A DNA stretch of 64,000 bases from the human T2T-CHM13v2.0 reference genome, Homo sapiens. Both the position numbers and the translations under genes were made by a program. The stretch lies in NCBI RefSeq assembly GCF_009914755.1, contig NC_060934.1; one strand, 5' to 3'. This document shows positions 1-15,435 of this stretch, piece by piece; position 1 is the first letter of the stretch; every line of letters begins with the position of its first letter. The notes beneath the pieces were generated by a model that did not search any database, was not told the DNA's origin, and saw only the letters and a list, made by a program, of their open reading frames with translations.

Positions 1-15
1 GAAATCTTTTGGAGC

Positions 16-273
16 AGCGGTTTGCAACCTTGGCTGCATATTAATCATCATATATTTTTAAAATGTATATGCATGGGCCCCACCCTCTGGAGATTCCCAT
101 TTAATCGGTCTGGGATAGGGCCCAATCACCAGTATCATTCAATACTGTAGCAATGATTAAAATAAACAATATGTCTCTTCGTGGTGCTTAATTTCTAATG
201 GTGCTTAGATTCTAGTAGAAGCTAATAGAACCTCCAGGTGATTCTAATGTGTGGCTCAGCCCAAGAACCAATG
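16..273. mobile_element. MER5-type hAT-Charlie DNA transposon fossil
   Basis: Typical segments CAG.GGTT..CAACCTTGGCTGCA, GGGCCCCACCC..GAGATTC and CCAGGTGATTCTAATG. Confidence 0.7.
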
Positions 274-407
274 ATCAAGACACCACTTACTGAGAGTTCT
301 TTCTTCAAGACCTCCAAGTGAGCAACTCAACTGACTCCTCCAAAGAGAATGGACAAGAGTCAAGCAACAGCTAGCATTAGTGGAACCTGAGAGAGTTCTA
401 GCTTTGA

Positions 408-600
408 GAGGCAGTGGAGCACAAGGGGAAATACATGGACACTGGTGTCACCTAGACCTGGATCAAATTCCATCTCCCCTATTTATTAACTGTGTGACCT
501 TGGGCCAATCACTTACCTTTTGTGGCTGTTCTGCAGATTCAATGAAATGATGTAAGTAAACCTCCAGGCATACAAAAATGCCCAATCAAAGGTAGTTGCA
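408..600 (+). mobile_element. MIR SINE fragment
   Basis: MIR core-like TGTGTGACCTTGGGC.A.TCACTTA.C. Confidence 0.65.
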
Positions 601-2545
601 ACTGTTGTTTTGGCTGGTTTTGTTATTACTATTATAGTGGTAATGACTACTGCCAGCAGACATCGATGAAGAAAAAAACAAATTTCAAAAGCCTCCCCAT
701 TTATTAGCCAGATAATTCCTACTTTTATTACTTAGCATTTAATTTACAGCTATTTATATTTGCAATTAGCTTGGTAATCATATTTCTTATTCATGACAAC
801 TGGGTGAGGAAGGTTAATGTTATTATTCTGATTTTCTAGATGAGGAATCTTATTTCCTATGCGTGATGACTGAGTGAAAATAGTTAACATTATTATTCCC
901 ATTTTCTAGATGAGGAAAAAGCAACATCTTCCATCTATTGTCTCTAGTTTCTATGATTCCATGATTAAAGGGACCCGCAGTCATGTTCATTGGTTCCCTA
1001 TGAAAAATGATATTCAACAGAGATGTCAAGTGTGGGAAAGAAGAATTAACAAGCACTTGATAGCAACCCCAAAATAACATCTAAATAATCACTCAGGAAC
1101 ATCAAAGTCATGGCAAACAAGTTCCATTTTAAATAAAGGTGTTGGACAGGATTAGGGAAAAAATGAACAAATACGTCTTTATTCACATTCATTTAGGAAA
1201 TATCTGACATAGCTTAGAAATTCTTTTTGAAATGCAGACTGAATAAGTGTTAACTTCCTCTATGAAGGGTCTTCAGTTAGCAGATTGCAATAGATTATGT
1301 CCTGATATTTTATCTTAAATTAGAGTTATAAAGTAGGAGAGATCCAAGATGGAAAGACCCAGTTCAGGGGTTCTCTAAAAAGGCCACCAGGAAGCCCGTG
1401 GACTCTGTGAAAGGGGCCATCACTCCAAAGACACCAAATACTCCCCCAACACTGATGGCTTGCCCATAAATGTATCCCTTTTCATATGCATGAAATTTCC
1501 ATGAATAAAAATATAAATGCCTCTAGAAACACCACTAAATTTATAGTTATTATATATAACTACTATTACATTGAGGGAGGGGCTGAATTTTGTTATTGTT
1601 GTTAAAAGGAGACTTCATATTCGAAAAGCTTAGGCAACTCTAGCCCAGTCCAAACATCTCTTTTTACTGACATAGATGGATCTTAGGGGCAACTGGGATT
1701 CCACCTTAGGTTTTCTCATTCCCAGACAAGTGTTTCTTGTTGCACACCATACACGCCTTCCAATGCAGTTACAGACTCATGGAATGTTAACAATCATGAC
1801 TAGATCCTCTCTCTAATATCATTTCCTCTTTCTGAAGCAGGAGAGTACAGTCCTACCCTCTCTCCGTGGATATGTTCCAGGAACACTCTAAATCTCCTGA
1901 GCCTCTTCTTTCCCCTTTCTTCCCTCCCATCGTCAGCTCCCCAGTTTGCTAAGTTTAAGGTTAGCAATACACTCAACCCTTCTCAAGCTCAGAGATGCTC
2001 TGGAAATGCCCTAAGACATTTAATCTCAATATGAAATGGAAATGCAATCACCGAGGTACTAAAACAAAGAATGTGTAAAGTATGCATAAAATCTGCATAT
2101 ATATGAGTGTATTTATAGCTAAAACCCCACAAATATTTCCTAATATCGATGAAAAATAAGGAAGTGGAATATTCATGAATAATCATGTTATTTACCTGGA
2201 TCTGTCAATACCAATCAGCTGTTAATAAACCCCTTGCACACCAACTTTTCAAAATGGTTTCACATTTATGATTTCACTTTCTCTTGATGACTCACTCTGA
2301 TATAAGTGCTACTGGAGTGTCACTGGAACTTAAATTCCATGAAGAGAAGGAATTTATTTTATTCACTGTTCTTTCCCCAGTGCCTAGAACAGCATCTGGC
2401 ACGTGGTGGCATTCAATATTTGTTGATTGAGTGAATGACAGAAGCTGACTGGGATGGTAGTTTCTATTTATTGATTGATTTTTTGACTTAATGTAGTTTC
2501 ACTTTTCTTTGAGAAAATTAAATGAGTCTATAGGGGAATAATTGA

Positions 2546-2948
<403 letters not shown>

Positions 2949-5795
2949 TTGTTAATGTAATTTTTCAAGTTTATGTAAGTAATTCATTCATTACAGGAAA
3001 ATCAGATACTATCAAAATATGAAAAGAAGAAAATAAAAGGTCCTGGTGATCCCATCACCTTGGGACAACACAATTAACATGCTGATGTATATCTTTTCAG
3101 ACTTTTTTCTATGCAGTTCTACAAACACAAACACATATATATGAAACATTCCCAAAAGTCTCTGCCCTAGACTTTGTGATTTTGATTTTTTCCTTCTTCT
3201 CTAAACCCTTTTTCCTGAGGTAGCTCCTTGCCTTCCCTTTATGTCCTAAATCTATTCCTTCCCCAAAATTTAGGTCCTACTTCAAAACGATTTTCCCCCT
3301 TTGCCCTCCAAAGGATTCGTCTGTTCTTACAACTTTGAACTCTATGTGGATGTTGTCTATCAGGATCTTCAGTCCTCCCTTTTCTCTGGGATACCAATGC
3401 TACTCAAGCTCTACACATCTAACACCCAATGCATCATATCGCCTCCATCAAAACCAGATGACGCACTGATCCTATTTCCGTTAACTATCACAGAATTCTA
3501 CAAGGTAATCTCAAAAGCCATCTTTGCTTCCCCAACTCCACCACATCCAACCACTCAAAGCCTTTTACATCCCTCCTTCCTATTCTCTCTCACTCATCAA
3601 TTCCCATGGTTGCCATCAGTGTTTAGGCCCTTGCACATATACTATTTTCTGCCTCTGTCTCTTGTTTTCTGTATAACAAAAACCCATCAATGCTACCCAC
3701 TGCTGCAAGTTAACTTCCTAAAACCCCACTTATTTCTTGCCCTTCCTATATTCAGAAATTTGTGGTTGCTTCCTTCTCTTACAAAATGGGATTCCAGCTT
3801 CTTCATAATCTCACCTCAAACTACTTTTCCACCCTATTTCTCATTATTCCTGAAAAGAAACCCTTTGCTCCAGCCAGGTTGGTGTACTCATTACTCACCC
3901 ACCTCCAAAACATCTGATTGTGAGTTAAGTACTTATTAACCATTTATTATGTGTAAAACCCATTCAATCACTCAACAAATATTTACTGAGCAGCTATTCC
4001 ATCAGGTAATGTAATGACGCTGCAGACACAGTGGCGAACAAGACAAATCAAGTCGCTGTCCTCCTGGAACTGAGGCAAATGGGTTATAGGGTTATAGGGG
4101 GAGACTCTTAAGACATGGTGGTCCCAGCCCAGGATACTCGCAATCTTCCATTGAGATGTCAAATGAATCAAGACATCCCTGAGGGCTGAACTTTGTGGTC
4201 CAGGCTGCAAATGGGGAAAGAGTTCAGAAGGAAGGGCTGGCTGGAGTGAGAGCTGGATTGTGGACGTGGCTTCTTTGATGTGGGACTCAACCCAGGCACT
4301 CAAGGATGAACATAGGAGAGAAGCAGGTGCCTTTCTTCCAGGGGTGTATGAGGAAAGGCAAAAAGGTGGAATGGAAACAGCAGCAATAGTGTCAGCTTAT
4401 TTTGCATAAGGGTTCACTCAACACCTATTCAGCAGAGCACATCCTCTGCCCTTGCAGGGCCCCAGGCTCCGTGGTGGATGTGAAGGTAACACAGACTCAG
4501 ATTCTACCGTCAGGGGATTTCCATCTAGCAAGGAGAGAAGGCAGGTTCATGATGGTCCATTACACACAGACAGTGAGACGTTCCGTAAGAGAGCAGAGAG
4601 AACACGGAGGAAGTTTGGAAGGTGCATGTCTGGGTTTGTGTAACAGTACTTATAGCATCACATTTTTATGCATCTGCACCCATACGTGCATGTATTGAAA
4701 ATAACTGTGTTTCAAAGTGCTTTCTCACTCACTTCCTCATTTTGTACTAAGTGACTCGGGAAACAGGCAGAGGAGGTAAGATGATGTTTTCCAGAGGGGG
4801 GAAAGTGTGGCACAGATCTTGTAACTGATCTGCTTAGGTAGGAAACATAAACAGGCGTGAGTGGAACAAGAACACCCTGTCCGTCGCCGCCTACTCCTGC
4901 AGCAGAGGAAGTATCTAGAACTGAGGACGCACACTAAGTTCTGTAATCGCATGATACCTGGCAGGTACAATGAAGCCAGGAAGGCACTTCGGATTGAAAA
5001 GGGCAAGGACATAGGCAGCATTCTGGAGAGGGAACGTGACCAAGGCCATTCCCCCATTTCCGTTTTACCTCCCCAAGTCCTGCCTGAATCATCCCCCATC
5101 CTTAGGTCTGCCCAAACCACAACCATCCCTTAGGGTTCACCCCAGATATTTTCAACCCACACTGGTTTTTTTCATTCCATTGATTTCACCCCCACTAATA
5201 TCCCAGAGAAGGGCAAGTGGCCGTTTCTCTCCTGGACATCATAGCAGGCCCAGCCAGCACACGGCTCGGCTCAGAGCAGGTAGTTAATAAACATGAGCCG
5301 AATGAAAGAATTCCTGAGATCGCCACCGCTCAGTAAGGATGCCCTGAGCCCCTACATCCCTCCCCCAACAGAGTGGGCCTGCCTGGCACGGGCGGCCTTA
5401 GCAACCCGGAGGAGCTCACTAACAGCAGAGAGCAAGGGGGCGCGTGGGGAGGGCGGGGTGGCCCAAGACGCTGGGCCACTGGGACCCGAGCGCGCGACCC
5501 CAGCCGGAATTCGGAGCTAAGGCTGCCGCGCTCCGGCAAAACGCGCTTGATGAGGTCGTTAAAGATTTCCCCCTCTGGAAAATCGCCAGGGAAAAGTGGT
5601 GAAAAACGAAGCCGGGAGGGCCCTAGTCTCGGGAGTCTAGGAGGAGCCCAACCCCCGGACCTAATGCCGCAGGGAGAAAAGACAGAGCAGCGAGCGCAAA
5701 TACCATCCTAGCTCCAATAAAAGGGAACGACTTTTACCGCAGGAAGAACCTAGGCCTGGAAGCCACGCGAGATCTGGGGGTCGGGATCACGTTGC

Positions 5796-5808
5796 GTTGC
5801 CTAGCGAC
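5796..5808 (+). promoter_or_regulatory. RFX X-box GTTGCCTAGCGAC
   Basis: Close match to the GTTGCC(N1-2)RGCAAC-type consensus, about 60 nt upstream of the ATG. Confidence 0.7.
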
Positions 5809-5866
5809 AGCAGGGACGCTCGTGGGACCCCAGGCTAAACCCCGCTGTAGCCTTAAATCTCCTACC

Positions 5867-6031
5867 ATGGAGGAAGAAGGCGGCGGCCGCAGCTGTGGGA
5901 CCACTAGGGAGCTGCAGAAGCTGAAGCAGCAGGCGATGGAGTACTACCGGGAGAACGACGTTCCGCGCAGGCTGGAAGAGCTGCTCAACTCCACCTTCTA
6001 CCTCCAGCCTGCCGACGTCTACGGGCACCTG
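5867..6031 (+). CDS. ENO4: ENO4 coding exon 1 (MEEEGGG...DVYGHL)
   Basis: Strong Kozak ACCATGG at 5864-5870; donor CTG|gtaggg; lies in the CpG island. Confidence 0.95.
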
Positions 6032-7709
6032 GTAGGGACCTGGGACAAGCGCTCTCCTCCCGCCAACCCCTCTCCCCCCGCCCCGCGCTGCGGCAACGCC
6101 TTGCGCCTGCGCCTGCGCCTCAGAATCTCGCATGCCAGCCGCCCGGGCCCTGGGCCTGCGTGTGCGGAGGAGACTTCTGGAGGGAAGGAGCGGGAAGGAC
6201 ACCCAGGGGTGAAGGGATCTCCCCAGAGAAAGTGGCAGAAAGGAGGCAGCTGGAGGAAAGAGGGCGCTAGGCGTATTTGACCTGCAGCGGCAGCCCAGGG
6301 GCTGGCAGGCTTCCTCGCTGCCTAAGAGGCCTCTCCGTTTGTGGGCCGGCCCACCGCCCATGCTTGCCAATTGTCATTTTTAACACATACCTTAATGCCC
6401 TCAGCTCAGCTCACCGACCTTAAGCAGCTCCTCTTTGATCACAGGATGAACACCTTGGCGTTTGCTACAACTTGGCTTCAGCCTATTCTGGGGCCTCATC
6501 CTACTGGCTCCTCTGCCGGGATGCCAGTTAATATCTGACCAGCCCCGCCCTAAACTCCAAAATTCAGACCAAAGCCTTGCCCACGTAGCCCTGGACCAAC
6601 CGTCCTTCTGGGTTCCTACAGCATTTCCTTCGTGTATTGTAGTCTCTTGAGGCAGCCTCCCTAGGCAGCCTGTGAGCCCCTGCTGGGCTCAGAAGCCTTG
6701 TCTTCTCACCTTCCGGGTCTCTGCCCAGCCCTGAGATCTGGCACATACCTTAGCGTTAAGCAGTGAGCAGCTGAAGCAAAGACGTTTTCTCCCTTCCAGA
6801 TCTATAAGTAGTAAGGAAGGCAGTGTGGCTGGGGCCCCTAGGAGTTTGCACTATGGCAAGGCAAAGCAAGGAGGCAATGTGAACACCAAGCAGAAGGAGT
6901 CCTATGAAGAGGCAGATGTGCTGTCAGGGTGCAAAACCACGTCGTATTGAGGCAGTTGATATAAAGGATGTTCCGCGAATGACTTTTTCCCACTCATGGC
7001 CTATACTATCAAAGGGGAGAGGTGTGGGGTTTACTGAGCCCCTTGTGCTGCGTACTGTAACTCAATCCTCAGTACCACTGCGACGAGGTAAAAATGATGA
7101 TTCCCATTTTACAAATAAAGAACCTGTGGCCAGTGCAATTTAAATGATTTTCCCAAAGGACATAGTGACAGAAGAAAAAAAATCAAACCACATTTGTGTC
7201 CCTAGTACCCAGCAGAGTGCATGGCACACAGTGGATGCTGAGAAACTACCTGCAGGATGAATGAGTGAATGCTTGACTCTCATTCCATTCTCTTCCTACT
7301 ATCTGTTGCTAGAGGAATTCTTGAACACAATCTATTCTAACGTCCTCATTTTACAGGGACACCAAGTCTTTGTCTCACAGCTACTTAGTGTACAAGCTAG
7401 GACTAAAAACATGGACTCTTGTTCCCCAGTATAATGATCTTCTTATTCTATTAGGCAGCCAGGATATTCGTTTGTACAGCTCTCTGGGAACTTACATCTT
7501 AGTTTGGGACAAAAGTCACTAATACATAAAATAATTGGAGCAAAAGATAAGGTGATAGATGACTGTGTGCTAGATTGAGGGACAGATCCCTATATGCCTA
7601 TTAAAGGAATTCAGGGATGGAAAAGATCCTTGGAGGCTGTATATCCAGGAAGGCTTTGGCTTGGACTTCGAAGGATGTTCAGGAATTGCAGAGGCAAAAA
7701 AGCAAACTC

Positions 7710-7810
7710 CTTGAACCTGGGAATCGGAGGTTGCAGTGAGCCGAGATTGCACCACTGCACTCCAGCCTCGGCAACAGAGCGAGACTCCGTCTCAAAAAGA
7801 AAAACAGAAA
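7710..7810 (+). mobile_element. 5'-truncated Alu (right-arm end)
   Basis: Alu 3' end plus A tail; near-perfect TSD AAAAAAGCAA(A/T)CTCC. Confidence 0.85.
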
Positions 7811-8248
7811 AAAGCAATCTCCTTTTCCTTTTCTTAGTAACTGCCCTAGTTTTGGCCGTGCTTACTCTCACCTCGTCTCTCCCTCTATCTAGTTCATCCT
7901 GCAGAATGCTGCCAGAGCAGTGTCCTAACATGCAAGTCTGACCACACTTCTCTTCCTCAGAACCTCCTGTGGCTTTCCCGTGCTTGCTGGCCTTCATGTG
8001 TGTGGTTCACAGTGCTCAGCCCCTCCCTCTGGTAACAGGCGCATCTCCCACTCCCTGCCCTCCTCCTCTACACCGAATCACTGACTGTTCCCCAAAGCCA
8101 GAAGTTTCCTACCTCCCTCCTCTTTGCTTGTCCCATTCTCTCTCCCTGAAATATCTGCTCACCACATCTCCCCCTTGACTGGCACTGAAACACTATACCT
8201 CCTCCAGTGTTCAGCTCCAATGTCATTTCTTCTGTCCCTCTCCAACAT

Positions 8249-8622
8249 TGATATGGCTTGGCTCTATCCCCTCCCAAACCTCATCTTGAATTGTACTGCT
8301 CATAATCCCCACATATGACATGTGGGGAGGGACCGGGTGGGAGGTAATTAAATTATGGGGGTGGTTACTCTCATGCTGTTCTCGTGATAGTGACTTCTCA
8401 TGAGAGCTGATGGTTTTATAAGGGGCTTCCCCGCTTCACTTTGCACTTCTCCTTCCCGCCCTCATGTGAAGAAGGATGTGTTTGCTTCTCCCTCCACCAT
8501 GATTGTAAGTTTCCTGAGGCCTCTGCAGCTGTGCAGAACTGTGAGTCAATTAAACCTCTTTCCTTTATAAATTACCCAGTCTCAGGCAGTCCTTGATAGC
8601 AGTGTGAGAACAAACTAAGACA
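8249..8622 (+). mobile_element. THE1/MST MaLR solo LTR
   Basis: TGATATGG..TGGCT...ACTAA.ACA termini; internal GATTGTAAGTTTCCTGAGGCCTC and CAATTAAACCTCTTT. Confidence 0.9.
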
Positions 8623-8769
8623 GATATATTAGAGGAATTCACACATGGTAAAGATCCTTGTAGGCAATAACAATACAATTTATTCCATCATCATAAAACT
8701 GAATGAGAGAGTTTTGGACTGGGAATGTGGCAGATCTGGTTTTGATTCTTATCTCTGCCACTTCCTCAC

Positions 8770-9642
<873 letters not shown>

Positions 9643-10577
9643 CTAAGTGATCTTGGACAGTTAATTTTTGTGGAACTGTCTGCCCATCTGTGGGATGGAG
9701 ATGATATCACATAGCTTAGAGAGTTGAATGTAATGACATAATGTATATACAGTGCCCAGGGATGTCACTGACATTTATTAATTTATACGAGATTTAATTT
9801 ATAGAATCCTATATATGTCAGGCCCTGTGGTTTGAGATATAGTGATAAAGAAGTCATTCTTTCACAGCCCATATTAAGCACTTCAAAAATGTTAGTTCCT
9901 TTCCTCTCCTAACACAACACGCGGCACATTATAGGTGCTTGGTGCTTGTTAAACTGAACTCACTATAACACACAGAGTGTAAGCTAAATAACATTTTTGC
10001 TCTCCTGATTCTAAATTCATTTAGGCACTTACTCTGTAACATACAAACCACCATTTAAAGAATCCACGGATAGCTTGAAAATGAGCTCTTGCTTAATACT
10101 TCTGGGGCCCCACCTCTGAACTGGCATGTCGCTGTGGGTATTAGATGACCTGTTGTCCAGGTTGAAGTCACTGGATTTTGAACTGAAAGATCAGAGACCT
10201 GGTGTCTGCTAAATGAAAGCAAAGCCCAGTCCTATCTGGTAATCAAGAGAGCAATAAAGGTGTGCCTTCACCTTCCCTCCTTCTAGTCTCTCCTAGCTCC
10301 TGCTCCTCTGCACAGAAACACCTTCCTGAGCGTTTTCTTGCAGGCTTCTCGAGTGGGCTTTCTATCTCAGCTTCTCTTTCTTCAGTCTCCTTCTTAGATC
10401 ACTTCCAAATGGCTTCTGCTTTTCCACCTCAATGAAACTGCAATTACTAAGGCTCCCAACAAGCCTCCTTGAACACATAGGACTATGAATGAGCTGATGG
10501 TAAGATACAGCCGTCACGTAAGTCTTCACCACTAAAATATCACGTGCCTTGCTGGGAGGAATAAAAATGAGCCCATG

Positions 10578-11295
<718 letters not shown>

Positions 11296-11330
11296 TTAGG
11301 CAACTGAATTGACTATAAGAACGCCTGCTA

Positions 11331-11607
<277 letters not shown>

Positions 11608-11920
11608 TCAGTGACACAGGGCCTTTTAATTAAGAAACGTATGCAAGTTTCTGTTGAGAGTTCAACATACACCAAATTGCCCCATATACCAGAGACTCAG
11701 GAGTGGGCTGAATCCATATCTCGGTATGTAAGGGCAGGGCAGTTCTCACAGAACTGCTAGTCTAATCCTGGCATCAGGAAGAATACTCGCGGAGAGGTTT
11801 GGTAGAAACTAGAGTCAATGTGAATGACCTTTTGAAGATAAAGTAGATATGGTATTGTGACTTTTTTCCCCAAACAACAACTTGAACCAGATGATTTTTG
11901 TTCTTTTGTGTGTGTTGAAG

Positions 11921-12049
11921 GCAAACTGCTTTTCTAAACTTGCAAAGCCTCCCACCATATGCAAAATAGTGGGGAAAGACGTACTAGATGGACTGGGGCT
12001 TCCAACCCTGCAAGTGGACATATTCTGCACCATTCAAAACTTTCCCAAG
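11921..12049 (+). CDS. ENO4: ENO4 exon 2 (ANCFSK...QNFPK)
   Basis: Acceptor gaag|GCA, donor AAG|gtatga; ICKIVGKDVLDGLGLPTLQVDI resembles the enolase N-terminal I.KI.AREILDSRGNPTVEVD segment. Confidence 0.94.
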
Positions 12050-12789
12050 GTATGAGGCAGTTTAAGTGTGTTCTTTAATGTCCTGGCCCCACTGCATTTA
12101 TTAGCAACACTTGTCTAAGCTGTAGAAAATTATTGTTTTGAAATTCAGTGTTTGTGAAATATATTTCATAGGTAGTCATGTAAGCATGAATCATACCATC
12201 AACCATGATGGCTTTATTATGTTTAAGTGTAATTTTGATACAGACATGACATGCTAACCTGAGGATGATCCAACATGGATAATGGAAATGAGGCAAAAAT
12301 AGTTTATAAACTCTGACATTACTCATGTGATAGGTTCTATAAATCTACATGTAGGTTTATAGATTAGTCTATTTACCTAGACATTTATAGATGTTAGACT
12401 GACCTAAAGAAAGAAAATAATTTACTTTAATAATTTTAACAATTCGTTTTAATTCACTTTGCTACATATTTGTTAGAAATAATTTTTGCCATAGTCTCTG
12501 GTAGGAGAATAATGATGATTAAGTCTGATTTTTATTGTTATTTATTGGAGAGGTAGTGATAAAAATGAAGTTTGATGTAGGGTTTTTCTAAGGGTATTTT
12601 AAGTGTTCTATGAAGCTGAGTTCCATAGTGTTTCAACAGCTATAAAAATATCTCAAAGAAAATTATATATTCTCATTGTCCCCTTGAAATTGGTGGTAAA
12701 ATTTCATGCATGTTAAAAGCTGGATTCATTTAATTTCCTCTTTCTGGGAGAGGTAGGGAAAGTGTTGAACACATTTATATGATTTTCAG

Positions 12790-12980
12790 AACGTATGTTC
12801 TGTGGTGATCTCGACTCATTTTGAAGTCCATGAGAATGCTCTGCCCGAGCTGGCCAAGGCGGAGGAGGCAGAGAGGGCCAGCGCGGTGAGCACCGCTGTG
12901 CAGTGGGTCAACAGCACCATCACGCACGAGCTCCAGGGGATGGCACCCTCTGACCAGGCAGAGGTGGATCACCTACTCAG
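12790..12980 (+). CDS. ENO4: ENO4 exon 3 (NVCSVV...DHLLR)
   Basis: Acceptor ttttcag|AAC, donor CAG|gtacag; AVQWVNSTI..L.G...DQAEVD resembles enolase N-domain helices. Confidence 0.94.
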
Positions 12981-13017
12981 GTACAGTTTCCACTTTGAAA
13001 TATAAACATCAAGTACA

Positions 13018-13340
<323 letters not shown>

Positions 13341-13915
13341 TCACCTGCCAATAAAATGGGTCTGTCAAATCTATAGAATTGGGAAGTCAGTTTACAAAGC
13401 GTATGTGAAAGCAGCAACATTTAGCATAAAATTTGTTTTTCTCCTGAAAACCATGTAGTTAACACCTTACTATGTAACACTACATAGGGCTTTTCGGTCT
13501 CTTTTCATGTATAGAGCTTTCCTAAGACTTAGTAAAAAGCTTCTCAGAAAAACAATCCGATTATGAATCCAGAGGATGCCTTTTTCTTCTCCCCACCTGT
13601 CACATGCCACCTGTGAGCTCCTCATATCCTTTTATTTAGTCACAACAGCTGACACTTACATTCAGTCCTCCAGCCACAACTAAGTCTCCCATGCTTTGCC
13701 CATAGGTTGACTCAAACACGCTAACAAGGAAGCATTTACTAGGGCTATGGAAATGTTCTTCATTCCCCAACCAAGTAGTGAGTTAGAATCATTTTCCTGT
13801 TTGTGCAGGTCCAATGCCACAACCCTTTGGCCAATAGAAGGTCAATTGGATTCTCTTTTCTTAAGCTTTATCACTTACTTAATTGTATATAACATTTTAG
13901 TTTGCTTCAGAGTAA

Positions 13916-14249
<334 letters not shown>

Positions 14250-14559
14250 TAGTTTTGGGTTTTCTTGGAGTTTCTGAATGCTATTCCTCTATTCCTTTTT
14301 TTTCCCCCTTCATGTGCTGTTATCATTTTCTTAGTTTATTATTTTTTTCTCAAGCTCTCAGTTACATCTTGTATTTTATTACACTCCTTTTTTTCCTGGC
14401 ATTTTCCCTCCCCAAACCACCCATCTGGACTGGTTCTTCTGTAGACCAACTACAGAGATGCCATAAAAACCTCATTGTTCTCCTGTTTTTGGAACCCACA
14501 TTCTTTTCTTTCATGATTTGCTGGATTGTATCCTTTAAAAGTAAGGATGAGAAAGGGTA

Positions 14560-14840
14560 TATGGGATGTAAAGTTTCTTAGTTATTTTATGTGTGGGAAT
14601 GTTGATACTTTGCCCCCATGGTTGATAGTTTAGCTGAGTATAGAATTCTCTGTTGAAATCAATTTCTCTCATACTTTAAAGGCATTGCCCTACTGGCATC
14701 TGGATTATTAATACATCTGATACAAATCTGATTCCTATGTCTTTGTTTTTTATTTGCCTGGTTTTTTGCCTATAGAAGTTTTTAGCCTCTTTATTTTGGG
14801 GTGCTGAAATTTTACATAAATGCATCTAAGTGGGATTTCC
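14560..14840 (-). mobile_element. Ancient L1M fragment
   Basis: GATAGTTTAGCTGAGTATAGAATTCT...TTTAAAG.CATTG resembles antisense old L1 ORF2; boundaries approximate. Confidence 0.5.
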
Positions 14841-15286
14841 AAAAGTTTTTTTTAAATATTAACCCTAAGTGTCAAGAAAAAAGAAAGGAAGTCCTCTCTA
14901 TTTATATGCTATATTTCACTCTATTCTTGACACATTTGTTTTCTGATGGTCATTTATACAAAAAGAAAATACTGTAACCCACAATAAAATTACATCTTCA
15001 AGTTTTACTCTAAAAATGCAAACCCAGGGCGCTCAAATAATTTAAAAATGAGCACCTGAAATCTTTAAACATTTATTTCCATGCCAAAATGAATTTCAGT
15101 TCTTGAATGCAGTTTTATAACAGCATCATTGTTTACTGGCTTTGAAAATTAAAGTTGATTTGTTCTTAAGTAGCTGAAAAGCAGTTATTTATTGAAATAT
15201 ATGGGGTCATCTCTAAAACATGACCAAAATCACAGAGTGATATTCCTAAATATCCCACTGTAAAGCCATATTTTCTTGCTATTAAG

Positions 15287-15435
15287 GATATTCTTCGCAA
15301 GTAAAGTACAAGAAGATAAGGGGAGAAAAGAATTGGAAAAGAGCCTGGAATACTCAACAGTGCCTACACCTCTACCTCCAGTACCACCACCACCACCCCC
15401 TCCACCTCCTACCAAAAAAAAGGGGCAAAAGCCAG
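15287..15435 (+). CDS. ENO4: ENO4 exon 4 (IFFASK...poly-Pro...KKKGQKP)
   Basis: Acceptor taag|G, donor CAG|gttggt; phases 2/1 fit the neighbouring exons. Confidence 0.92.

Larger units (their letters stand above)
5240..6360. promoter_or_regulatory. CpG-island promoter of ENO4, probably bidirectional
   Basis: Dense CpG and high GC relative to the flanks; GC box at 5451-5458, X-box at 5796-5808, NRF1-like repeats at 6102-6119; boundaries approximate. Confidence 0.88.

Noticed and set aside
812-917. Repeated GTTAA..TTATTATT...ATTTTCTAGATGAGGAA units as an array
   Set aside because: Only two diverged copies of a MIR core-like segment; not a CRISPR-like or functional array
3301-3939. 212-aa ORF
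   Set aside because: Non-ATG start, L/F/P/S-biased product from pyrimidine-rich, probably L2-derived sequence; no splice or domain support
5801-6370. 189-aa antisense ORF across ENO4 exon 1
   Set aside because: Low-complexity G/A/R-rich product expected from a stop-poor CpG island; out of frame with the antisense ATG at 5868; no recognisable domain
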